This document shows, in pieces, positions 9,690-18,170 of a stretch of 57,548 nt of DNA; within the stretch, counting starts at the first letter, position 1; every line of letters starts with the position of its first letter. Location: contig JAFDAS010000015.1 of assembly GCA_019313695.1 (NCBI GenBank), positions 1 to 57,548 on the forward strand, read 5' to 3'. Origin of the DNA: Deltaproteobacteria bacterium (GTDB lineage Bacteria > Desulfobacterota > Syntrophia > Syntrophales > UBA2210). Both the position numbers and the translations under genes were made by a program. The notes below the pieces were generated by a model, which did not search any database, had not been told where the DNA came from, and saw nothing but the letters and a program-made list of their open reading frames with translations.

Positions 9690-10652
9690 ATGACTACATT
9701 GATAACGGGCGGGGCCGGCTTTATCGGATCCTATTTAGCCCAATTGCTGGTTGAAGAGGGCGAGCGCCCGATTCTACTTGATCCGGCGCCGGTTCACGGG
9801 GCACTCATCGATATCCGTGACCGGTTCGAGTACGTGCAGAGTTCGCTTGGAAATTTGTCTGTGGTACTCAACATAATCAAAAAATACTCAATCGACAGAA
9901 TATTTCACCTCGGCGGGATGCTTTCAGCTCCTTCGGATGAAAATCCGTGGGCGGCATTCGACGCCAACGTGACAGGCACATATAACGTCTTGGAGGCCGC
10001 ACGGTTGGGAGGAGTGAAACAGGTTATTTTTTCAAGCACCATAGCCGTGTACGGCAAAGACCTCCCCTCTACCCCTGTCGATGATGCCACGATTCAGCGC
10101 CCCACATCCATGTATGGCTCAACCAAAGTATTCTGCGAACTTCTCGGGCGGTTTTACGCGCGTAAGTTTGATCTTGATTTTCGGGGAGTACGCATTCCGT
10201 CAGTGGTCGGGCCCGGGGCAAAAACCGCGCATATGTCCATTTATAATTGCTGGGCAATTGAAGAAGCATTAAAGGGACAGCCATATAAACTTTTATGCGA
10301 ACCAGAGACACGGTGTCCTGTTATATATTTTAAGGATGCCGGAAGGGCATTATGGTTGTTGGCAATGGCCGAAAGATCGCAGATCAAGACGATGATCTAT
10401 AATCTGGCGGGCATAGTTCCGTCTTTTTCGGCGGAAGACCTGGTGGCCTTGATCCGCGACCGGATACCTGAAGCCCGACTTACCTTCAATCCCGACCCTG
10501 CAACGGTTGAACTTTTAAGGGAACTGGGGTCACTGATTCTCGATGATGAATGTGCCAGATCGGAGTGGGGATGGGAGATAGCGTATCCCTTTGCAGAAAT
10601 GGTAGATGATTTCATCAAGGAATTTGAAGAACATACTTCATGGTATGTGTGA
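9690..10652 (+). CDS. Extended SDR, L-threonine 3-dehydrogenase-like NAD-dependent enzyme
   Basis: TGGAGFIG, HLGGMLSA, STIAVYG and YGSTK (YxxxK); QRPTSMYG...ELLGRFY...LDFRGVR resembles SDR-type threonine dehydrogenases. Confidence 0.8.
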   Translation: MTTLITGGAGFIGSYLAQLLVEEGERPILLDPAPVHGALIDIRDRFEYVQSSLGNLSVVLNIIKKYSIDRIFHLGGMLSAPSDENPWAAFDANVTGTYNVLEAARLGGVKQVIFSSTIAVYGKDLPSTPVDDATIQRPTSMYGSTKVFCELLGRFYARKFDLDFRGVRIPSVVGPGAKTAHMSIYNCWAIEEALKGQPYKLLCEPETRCPVIYFKDAGRALWLLAMAERSQIKTMIYNLAGIVPSFSAEDLVALIRDRIPEARLTFNPDPATVELLRELGSLILDDECARSEWGWEIAYPFAEMVDDFIKEFEEHTSWYV

Positions 10653-10681
10653 AATACAAAAACAGATTGAGGTTTTAAAGA

Positions 10682-11602
10682 ATGAGTAAAAGAATATTTA
10701 CGGCGGCACTGACAGGGGCAATTCATACACCGAGCATGTCCCCATATCTTCCAATCACACCGAAGCAGCTTATCGACGAGGCGATCGCGGTATATGAGGC
10801 AGGTGGGGCGGTTGCCCATCTCCATGTACGCGATCCAGAAACGGGATTACCGAATGCTGACCAGGACATCTTCAGAGAGATTGCGACTGAAGTAAGAAAA
10901 CACTGCGATATAATCCTTTGTACTACGACGGGAGGCAGATTAGGAGAACCTGTAGAAAACAGGGTCAGGGTTGTATCCTCATTAAAACCGGAATTGGCCA
11001 CATTAAACGCGGGTTCTCTCAACTTCGCCCTTTTTCACGTCGCAAATAAATTCAAGGAATGGAAACACGACTGGGAAAAGGAATACCTTGAAAATACGGA
11101 AGATTTCATCTTTCCTAACACCTTCAAAACATTGCGCCAGTTCCTGGAAATTTTCAATAAAACGGAAACCAAGCCGGAATTCGAGATTTACGATGTTGGA
11201 ATGATAAACAATCTGGCCTTTGCCATAGAGGCAGGCTATACAAAAAAACCTGTTTACCTGCAGTTTGTCATGGGAATCTTAGGTGGAATTCCCGCATCGC
11301 CGGAAAATCTGGTATTTTTAGTTGAAACAGCACGAAAGGCGATAGGCGATTTTGAGTTTTCGGTGTGTGTGGCTGGCAAGACTCAATTTTCTATCTGCAC
11401 ACAATCACTGATAATGGGTGGCCATGCCCGAGTAGGTCTGGAGGACAATCTCTATTTGGATAAGGGGATTCTTGCGAAAAGCAGCGCTGAGCAAGTGACT
11501 AAGATCATACGTATCGCCAGGGAACTGGGAATCGAACCGGCTTCACCGCAGGAAGCCAGAAAAATACTTGGACTGAAAGGCATCGACAAGGTAAATTTTT
11601 AG
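10682..11602 (+). CDS. Beta-keto acid cleavage enzyme (BKACE / DUF849, Kce family)
   Basis: TGAIHTPSMSPYLPITP, metal-binding HLH (AHLHVRD), KPEFEIYD and RVGLEDN. Confidence 0.92.
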   Translation: MSKRIFTAALTGAIHTPSMSPYLPITPKQLIDEAIAVYEAGGAVAHLHVRDPETGLPNADQDIFREIATEVRKHCDIILCTTTGGRLGEPVENRVRVVSSLKPELATLNAGSLNFALFHVANKFKEWKHDWEKEYLENTEDFIFPNTFKTLRQFLEIFNKTETKPEFEIYDVGMINNLAFAIEAGYTKKPVYLQFVMGILGGIPASPENLVFLVETARKAIGDFEFSVCVAGKTQFSICTQSLIMGGHARVGLEDNLYLDKGILAKSSAEQVTKIIRIARELGIEPASPQEARKILGLKGIDKVNF

Positions 11603-11728
11603 TAGTGTTCAAAAAGTTTTGCATGGTGACATTTAACAGACTGAATTCCAATGTCAACGCACTCTTTAATGCCAAATTTCTTTTTCCAGCATTGCCCCCA
11701 TCTTTCAAGCCCGGCTTTCAAGGCCGGG

Positions 11729-11796
11729 CCTGATTGTTGCGAAGTGGAATCCTGTCATCTTACGATCATATGGTATGGTTTATCCGGCTGAGTCCT
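11729..11796. repeat. Direct repeat copy B (right island boundary; includes PPIase stop codon)
   Basis: Matches 2817-2880 in 41-nt and 17-nt identical blocks. Confidence 0.9.
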
Positions 11797-12799
11797 CTTT
11801 CTTTACTTCAGGTTCAGGGACAAACCTCTCTATCTTTGCCTGTTCCTCCAGCTTTTCAATATATTTTTTCACCTCTTCCCCTGTTTTCATCTGTTTCAGA
11901 TATTGGGTGAGCTTATCCTTGATATCCTTGTAATCGGTTATCATCTCGGGTTTTCTCTCCCCAGCTTTTATCAGGTGATAGCCGAAGTCGGTTTCGACTA
12001 TATCGCTTATCTCTCCCGATTTCATGGAAAAAACCGCATCTTCGAAGGGTTTTACCATCTGTCCCCGTCCGAAGTCACCGAGATCGCCACCCCTGGCGGC
12101 GCTTGGACATTGCGAATGTTCCTTGGCGAGTGCCGCAAAATCTCCACCCTCTTTCAGTTCTTTCTGTATCTTCTTGATTTCTTTGAGGGCATCAGCCTTC
12201 ACAGATTCACCCGCCCCCGGATCAGCCTTGATAAGGATATGGCTTGCCCGGATCTTCTCGGGTTGTTTGAAAAGGTCCGTGTGCCCATCGTAATAGTCCT
12301 TTGTTTCCTTGTCCGATATCTCGATATTATTTATAATTTCCTGGTCTATCAGTTGCTGGATTGCCATCCCTTCGCGCAACTGGGCTTTAAGGAGATCTTC
12401 GGTAAGACGCATCTTCTCCAGCATACCCTTGAAATCTGCCTCCTTGGGAAATTGTTCTTTCATGTTCGCAAAGCGTTCATCAATGATCGTATCGTCCACT
12501 TCCACCCCTTTTTTCTGACTCTCCAGGTAGAGCACCTTGCGGGTGATAAGACTCTCGAAGAGATCCTTCTTGATCTCCTCTAACTGCTCATCGTTTGGCT
12601 GGCCCTGATCGGCAAGTTGCTGCTGCGCCATGGACAGCTCCACATCGAGATCTTCCTGTGTGATCGCTGCTCCGTTGACTGCCGCTATAGTGCCTTCCGG
12701 AAACTTTGCCTCTTCTTTCTTGCATCCCTGCATGGCAAATAATGCCATGAATATAATCACAACCGGTATGTAAAACCACTTCTCCTGCGCTATCCTCAT
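11780..12799 (-). CDS. PpiC/parvulin-type peptidyl-prolyl isomerase lipoprotein (PrsA/SurA-like)
   Basis: Lipobox-like AMQGC, SurA-like N domain, ASHILI, GGDLG.F.RGQMVKPFE and FGYHLI. Confidence 0.92.
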   Translation of the reverse strand: MRIAQEKWFYIPVVIIFMALFAMQGCKKEEAKFPEGTIAAVNGAAITQEDLDVELSMAQQQLADQGQPNDEQLEEIKKDLFESLITRKVLYLESQKKGVEVDDTIIDERFANMKEQFPKEADFKGMLEKMRLTEDLLKAQLREGMAIQQLIDQEIINNIEISDKETKDYYDGHTDLFKQPEKIRASHILIKADPGAGESVKADALKEIKKIQKELKEGGDFAALAKEHSQCPSAARGGDLGDFGRGQMVKPFEDAVFSMKSGEISDIVETDFGYHLIKAGERKPEMITDYKDIKDKLTQYLKQMKTGEEVKKYIEKLEEQAKIERFVPEPEVKKEDSAG

Positions 12800-13148
12800 C
12801 TTGTACGTCCCTTCCTGTTCGAATAAATTTTTCTACTTTTATACTTCTATAGGAGCGCAATGCAAGTATTTTTTGTCTTGATAATGGAGATCGGCTTACT
12901 CCTGATGTTTTTATGGGGAAATCCATTTTTATCAAATACAAGACCACCAAAACCGAACATGAAGCCATGGCTCACGTTGGAGAAAAACCACTGATTTTTA
13001 CAATTGACAACCTGTCCGAAAATACAATAGTATCGGTTTCCGGCGTTGCAGGGTTCAGCCCGCGGATCTGTATTGGTTTGCCGGCAATTTAACCGCGCTG
13101 CCTTCCCCCTAACGGGAAGTTTCTGCACCCCGCATGAGGAACTGCTAC

Positions 13149-13799
13149 ATGATAAAATTGAAGGACCCGATCAGTGGGCTTACACATTGCATAGGCATTA
13201 TCCTTGCCATTACAGGGTTGATATTCCTGATATGGGGCTCTACCCACCCCGTCAAGCCCGTCCATATAGTGGCTTTTTCCATCTTTGGAGCGGGAATGAT
13301 CCTGCTCTATACGGCGAGCACACTGTATCACTGGCTGCCCGTTTCGGAAAAGGCTGCTCTGCGTCTGCGAAAGATCGATCACATGATGATATTTATACTT
13401 ATCGCGGCTACATATACACCCATATGCCTTATTCCTCTGAGAGGCGCCTGGGGATGGAGTTTATTCGGAGTCATATGGGGATTGACCGCGGGCGGCATAC
13501 TCATGAAGACTTTCTGGCTCCATGCTCCGAGATGGCTTTATACCCTTATTTATATCGCCACCGGGTGGCTGGCTGTTGTGGCCATATGGCCGTTGATACA
13601 GACCCTTCATCTTGGGGGGATGGCATGGTTGCTCATCGGCGGTCTGTTTTATACTACAGGCGCCATAATCTACGCGATTAAGAAACCTGATCCCTGGCCC
13701 CGCATCGTCGGTTTCCATGAAATCTTCCATGTCTTTGTCATGATGGGAACCTTTTCACATTTCTGGATGATGTACAGATATGTCATGCCCTTCAGCTAA
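13149..13799 (+). CDS. Hemolysin III family (PAQR/TrhA-like) membrane protein
   Basis: STLYH, DHMMIFILIAATYTP and FHEIFH motifs. Start placed after a GAGGA RBS. Confidence 0.92.
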   Translation: MIKLKDPISGLTHCIGIILAITGLIFLIWGSTHPVKPVHIVAFSIFGAGMILLYTASTLYHWLPVSEKAALRLRKIDHMMIFILIAATYTPICLIPLRGAWGWSLFGVIWGLTAGGILMKTFWLHAPRWLYTLIYIATGWLAVVAIWPLIQTLHLGGMAWLLIGGLFYTTGAIIYAIKKPDPWPRIVGFHEIFHVFVMMGTFSHFWMMYRYVMPFS

Positions 13800-13806
13800 G
13801 AATTAT

Positions 13807-13958
13807 GGCTTCGTAAAAAGTCTCAAAATACCATTTTCCGTCATTCCGTCCCGGCCCGGAGTTCGGGATGACGACCAAGCCGGAATCCAGTCTTTTAAGA
13901 TAGTTGCAAACCATCTGGTCTCCGGTTTTCACACTGAGTGACGATTTTTTACAAAGCC
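13807..13958. repeat. Palindromic MITE/REP-like element
   Basis: Terminal IR GGCTTCGTAAAAAGTC / GATTTTTTACAAAGCC (14/16), with internal GTCATTCCG...GCCGGAATCCAG...CTGGTCTCCGG...GTGAC palindrome. Confidence 0.7.
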
Positions 13959-13992
13959 GACAAAACCATATAAATGGAGTTTGATATTACGT

Positions 13993-16272
13993 ATGACAGA
14001 AAAACACGTTACAAAGATCGCTCAGGAACTGCAATTGACGGAAAAGCAGGTGCGGGTTGTCCTGCTGCTTTTAGAAGAAGGCGCGACTGTTCCATTTGTC
14101 GCCCGTTACCGCAAGGAAGCAACCGGGGGGCTTGATGAAGTCAAGATCATATCCATCCGGGACAGGGCTGAGCAACTCGGCACACTGGACAAACGAAGAG
14201 AAACCGTTCTCAAATCGCTGGAGGAACAGGGCAAGCTTACCGACGAGTTGAAGAAAAAGGTGTTGTCCGCCGAGACCCTGGCCGTTCTGGAAGACATCTA
14301 TCTGCCCTATAGACCGAAACGACGTACCCGCGGAATGGCGGCAAGGGAACGTGGACTTGAACCGCTGGCCGCAAAGATATTTGAGCAGAGTGACATCGAC
14401 CCGGAAGCGGAGGCATCCGCCTTTGTTGATCCCGAAAAGGGCGTGGAAAAGATCGACGACGCGCTTGCCGGCGCGCGTGATATCATTGCGGAGTGGATAA
14501 ACGAGGACGCGGGGGTCAGAGCTGCCCTGCGGGAACTTTTCGCCAAAAAGGCCGCCATACATTCAAAGGTTGCGAAGAACAAAGAAGAAGAGGGGGCAAA
14601 ATACAGGGATTATTTTGACTGGGAAGAACCCGTGGCCAAGGCTCCATCACACCGTGTCCTGGCTATCCGCCGCGGCGCTGCCGAGGGATTTCTCATCTTC
14701 CGCGTGCTCCCGGATGAGAAAAGAACTGTCGATATCCTGGAACGTCATTTTGTAAAGGGTGATAATCCCGCCTCACAGGAGGTGCGCCTCGCGGTGAGAG
14801 ACAGTTACAAGCGCCTTCTTTCACTATCCATGGAAACGGAAACTCGTCTTGAAAGCAAAAACAGGGCGGACGGAGAGGCGATCAGGGTGTTCGCGCAGAA
14901 TATCAGAAATCTGCTCCTTACCTCTCCGCTTGGACAGAAAAGGGTCCTTGCCATTGACCCCGGCCTGCGTACCGGGTGCAAGGTTGTCTGCCTCGACCCG
15001 CAGGGAAAGCTCCTGCACAACGATACGATCTTCCCGCTCCAGCCACGCGGGCGCGTAAAAGAATCGGAAGAGACATTAAAGAGACTGGCGGAGAACTTCA
15101 GCATCGAAGTTGTCGCCATCGGCAACGGCACAGGCGGACGCGAGACGGAAGAGTTCTGCAGGGGCATAGACTTCGGCCGAAATATCGCCGTGGTTATGGT
15201 CAGTGAAAGCGGCGCCTCGGTATACTCCGCCTCCGAAGTTGCCCGCGAGGAATTTCCCGATTATGACTTGACCGTTCGTGGCGCGGTGTCAATCGGGAGA
15301 CGCCTTATGGATCCCCTGTCGGAACTGGTAAAAATCGACCCCAAGGCCATAGGTGTCGGACAGTATCAGCATGACGTGGACCAGAAAGCCCTGAAAAAAT
15401 CTCTGGATGATGTTGTGACAAGTTGCGTGAACGCGGTTGGCGTAGAGGTGAATACGGCGAGCAAACAGCTCTTGAGCTATGTGTCGGGCCTCTCAGAAAA
15501 ACTGGCCGGCAATATAATCTCCTGCCGCAATGAAAAGGGTGCATTCTCCTCGCGCGCCGAACTGATGAAGGTTCAGGGAATGGGTGCAAAAACCTTTGAA
15601 CAGGCGGCCGGTTTCCTGAGAATCCACGGCGCGGAAAACCTCCTCGATGCATCGGCGGTCCATCCCGAAAGCTACCCTGTTATTGAAACGATGGCAGGCG
15701 ATCTTGGGTGCAGTATCTCAGACCTGATGACCAGCGCCGAGCTGCGTGAAAAGATCATACTGGAAAACTATGTAAGCGACACCACAGGTATGCCGACTCT
15801 CACGGATATAATGATGGAACTCGCCAAACCCGGCCGTGACCCGCGCGAACAGTTTGAACTCTTCACCTTCACCGAGGGCGTCAGCAAAATGGCGGATCTG
15901 GAGGTAGGGATGAAACTGCCCGGCATTGTAACAAATGTGACCGATTTCGGCGCCTTTGTGGATATCGGGGTTCACCAGGACGGGCTCGTGCATATCAGCG
16001 CGCTGGCCAACAGGTTTGTCCGCAATCCTCATGATGTCATAAAGGTAAATCAGAAAGTCTCGGTAACGGTTATGGATGTTGATATAAAACGAAACCGCAT
16101 CTCGCTTTCGATGCGTTCAAATCCGATGGAACCGCACGGCAGACGGGACAAGAACACTACCCCCGGAGAAAAGAAGGCCGGCAACAAACCTGCGAGACGT
16201 GAGACAGGTGGAAAAACAAAAACATCGGGAAACCCATTCACCGATGCCCTGAAAGAATGGAAATCAGAGTAA
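13993..16272 (+). CDS. tex: Tex-like RNA-binding transcriptional accessory protein
   Basis: TVPFVARYRKE, DPGLRTGCK, SESGASVYSAS, GVGQYQHD and C-terminal S1 domain (FGAFVDIGVHQDGLVH). Confidence 0.95.
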   Translation: MTEKHVTKIAQELQLTEKQVRVVLLLLEEGATVPFVARYRKEATGGLDEVKIISIRDRAEQLGTLDKRRETVLKSLEEQGKLTDELKKKVLSAETLAVLEDIYLPYRPKRRTRGMAARERGLEPLAAKIFEQSDIDPEAEASAFVDPEKGVEKIDDALAGARDIIAEWINEDAGVRAALRELFAKKAAIHSKVAKNKEEEGAKYRDYFDWEEPVAKAPSHRVLAIRRGAAEGFLIFRVLPDEKRTVDILERHFVKGDNPASQEVRLAVRDSYKRLLSLSMETETRLESKNRADGEAIRVFAQNIRNLLLTSPLGQKRVLAIDPGLRTGCKVVCLDPQGKLLHNDTIFPLQPRGRVKESEETLKRLAENFSIEVVAIGNGTGGRETEEFCRGIDFGRNIAVVMVSESGASVYSASEVAREEFPDYDLTVRGAVSIGRRLMDPLSELVKIDPKAIGVGQYQHDVDQKALKKSLDDVVTSCVNAVGVEVNTASKQLLSYVSGLSEKLAGNIISCRNEKGAFSSRAELMKVQGMGAKTFEQAAGFLRIHGAENLLDASAVHPESYPVIETMAGDLGCSISDLMTSAELREKIILENYVSDTTGMPTLTDIMMELAKPGRDPREQFELFTFTEGVSKMADLEVGMKLPGIVTNVTDFGAFVDIGVHQDGLVHISALANRFVRNPHDVIKVNQKVSVTVMDVDIKRNRISLSMRSNPMEPHGRRDKNTTPGEKKAGNKPARRETGGKTKTSGNPFTDALKEWKSE

Positions 16273-16361
16273 AACAGGGCCTGGAAATGGCCCCTTTTCA
16301 GAATTCTTTGTTGTTAAGCGTCCTTTTTATCCTTTATCGCTCGGTCGGGTGAATCCCATGA

Positions 16362-16691
16362 TTATGCCATAGCTTCTTTTATTGCCTTCATGTCCTGCGC
16401 TGGTAGAATGCGACGTTCAATTTCAGGCCAAATTTTGCGCTTACTCATCCTCAAATCATATTCTGATTGGAGATTCAGCCAAAATTGCGCCTCCACTTTA
16501 AAATAACGCTGCAATCTTAAGGCGGTATCCGCTGTAATAGCACGTTTCCCATTGACAATTTCGCTTATCCTATTGGGCGGAACAATAATGTCTCGTGCAA
16601 GCCTGTTTATACTAAGACCCATCGGTTCCATAAAGTCCTCCCGTAAAATTTCACCTGGGGTAATAGGATTAAGCAATTTTCTTGTATTCAT
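16362..16691 (-). CDS. higA: HigA-family antitoxin
   Basis: PGEILREDF...RISEIVNGKRAITADTALRL...FWLNLQ..YDL. Confidence 0.93.
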   Translation of the reverse strand: MNTRKLLNPITPGEILREDFMEPMGLSINRLARDIIVPPNRISEIVNGKRAITADTALRLQRYFKVEAQFWLNLQSEYDLRMSKRKIWPEIERRILPAQDMKAIKEAMA

Positions 16692-16700
16692 CTTTACACC

Positions 16701-16979
16701 TCAATGATAGTCTACAATTTCAACGTGATGAGCGTTACTATCATGCCACTCGAAGCAAACACGCCATTGTTTGTTTATGCTTATAGCATATTGTCCCTTT
16801 CTGTTTCCCCCCAAGGCATGGAATTTATTTCCAGGATTTAGCATTAGGGCTTCCAAACTTGGAGCAGCATGCAAAACCATTAATCGTTTTCTTGCCTGTC
16901 GCTCAAAAGACTGGAAACGGCGTACTCCTTTGTCATTGAATAATTCTTCAGTATCTCGGCAGGAAAAAGATCTAATCAT
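16701..16979 (-). CDS. higB: HigB (RelE-superfamily) toxin
   Basis: MIRSF..., PGNKFHALGGNRKGQYAISINKQWRVCFEW, VEIVDYH; toxin lies upstream of antitoxin. Confidence 0.93.
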   Translation of the reverse strand: MIRSFSCRDTEELFNDKGVRRFQSFERQARKRLMVLHAAPSLEALMLNPGNKFHALGGNRKGQYAISINKQWRVCFEWHDSNAHHVEIVDYH

Positions 16980-16986
16980 GTGCAGA

Positions 16987-17015
16987 ATGATATTACGCGG
17001 AACGTAATATGTCAA
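16987..17015 (-). promoter_or_regulatory. Sigma70 promoter of higBA with overlapping palindromic operator
   Basis: TTGACA-N17-TATCAT on the minus strand; ATATTACG-N5-CGTAATAT palindrome at 16990-17010. Confidence 0.85.
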
Positions 17016-17033
17016 GCGGATATTACTTACAAG

Positions 17034-17240
17034 GTATAACGTTCGCCATCACCAGTGGGCAGGGTAACCGGGCCTTTGTAAAAAGTGATTAAACACAAAA
17101 CTGGATAAATACTTCAAACCGCGCGGGAGACGGGACAGAGATACTGTTTCCGGGGGAAAGAAATCCGGCGGCAAAAAGCAAGATGGAAAAATAAATCCGT
17201 CCCCTTTATTTGTTTGCTTATGCCCCAAACTCGGTTATAA
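17034..17240 (-). other. Degenerate attC-like integron recombination site
   Basis: TTATAAC directly after the stop of 17241-17648 and ...GGTGATGGCGAAC-GTTATAC at the far end. Over-long and interrupted by a GGGGACGGATTTATT-type repeat remnant. Confidence 0.5.
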
Positions 17241-17648
17241 TTAAAATTTCTTCTTTGCTACTGGCTTGCAGATACCACAATGAATGAGGCCTCCTTCTGA
17301 TCCAATAATTTTGAAAGTGATTTCAAAAGCACCTGTGTACCTATTGATCACAATAGTTTGTTGAATTGTAGATCCTGATATCTTGTATTCCGTCTTGCCT
17401 TGTATTTGTTCATCGGAGATTGTGCCGTTAAACTCTGCCCCAAGCCCTTGCTTTCTTATTATTGCCTTCCCATTATCCGAATAGTTGACAGTAACGAGGT
17501 CTTCACCTGAAGTTGCACTACTTCTACCGTCTGCCTCAATGGTATGGGAGTATTTGCATATCAACCGAATAGTATTTTCGTCAGCATACGTTTCAAAAAC
17601 GAAAAGCAGCGTAAGAAAAATGGCTGTGATGATGCTTGCTTTTTTCAT
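17241..17648 (-). CDS. Hypothetical secreted protein (cassette-like)
   Basis: 135-aa ORF with signal peptide (MKKAS...TYA-DE), beta-rich; AT-rich region. Confidence 0.75.
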   Translation of the reverse strand: MKKASIITAIFLTLLFVFETYADENTIRLICKYSHTIEADGRSSATSGEDLVTVNYSDNGKAIIRKQGLGAEFNGTISDEQIQGKTEYKISGSTIQQTIVINRYTGAFEITFKIIGSEGGLIHCGICKPVAKKKF

Positions 17649-17674
17649 AATGTTGTTATTCCTGCACCCGGTAG

Positions 17675-18115
17675 TTATATCCTTGGACGCAATGTTGCCA
17701 CGCCAAGTTTTTTCAGAAATGCCTCTGGTGAGGTAAAACCATCTTGGTCCTTGAGGTTGTAATTGTTGACCTTGTACTCCTCTTCCTTTTCGGAATAGCT
17801 CAAAGAACCACTGGAGATCTGTTTCAGTATTTGGCTCTTTGACAAAACCCAGCCTGATTTGTTCGAGGCAAGGGCTACAAAATAGTAATTGCCACTGGTC
17901 TTTGTGAATGCGTTGAAGAGGTCAACAAATTTCCTCCGAAGCCCAAAAAAAGGTCGTATCTTGTTGCGGCTGATTTTGATAATCAGGAATTTGTCCTTGT
18001 CTATAAGGAAGTAGTTTCTACGCTTGAACAAACCATGATACTCAGAATAGTCAAAAACCTGTTTCAAATCGACAGCGCCAATCGATTTTGCGAATTCCGT
18101 TACCTCATCATTCAT
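17675..18115 (-). CDS. Hypothetical protein (cassette-like)
   Basis: 146-aa ORF with GGAAGGA RBS; stop overlaps ATATAAC, the complement of the upstream GTTATAT. Confidence 0.75.
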   Translation of the reverse strand: MNDEVTEFAKSIGAVDLKQVFDYSEYHGLFKRRNYFLIDKDKFLIIKISRNKIRPFFGLRRKFVDLFNAFTKTSGNYYFVALASNKSGWVLSKSQILKQISSGSLSYSEKEEEYKVNNYNLKDQDGFTSPEAFLKKLGVATLRPRI

Positions 18116-18144
18116 GGTTTCTTCCTTCCGGTAATTATTTTCAG

Positions 18145-18170
18145 ATATAACAATTAATATACCTGGTTGG
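18145..18170 (-). other. Cassette entry / attI-like core site
   Basis: GTATATTAATT-GTTATAT about 30 bp before the ATG, complementary to ATATAAC at 17674-17680. Confidence 0.4.

Larger units (their letters stand above)
2817..11796. mobile_element. Putative integrase-less catabolic genomic island integrated at the 3' end of the PPIase gene
   Basis: Flanked by a long direct repeat containing the PPIase stop codon. A plus-strand operon interrupts the minus-strand PPIase-crt-hbd run. Confidence 0.65.
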
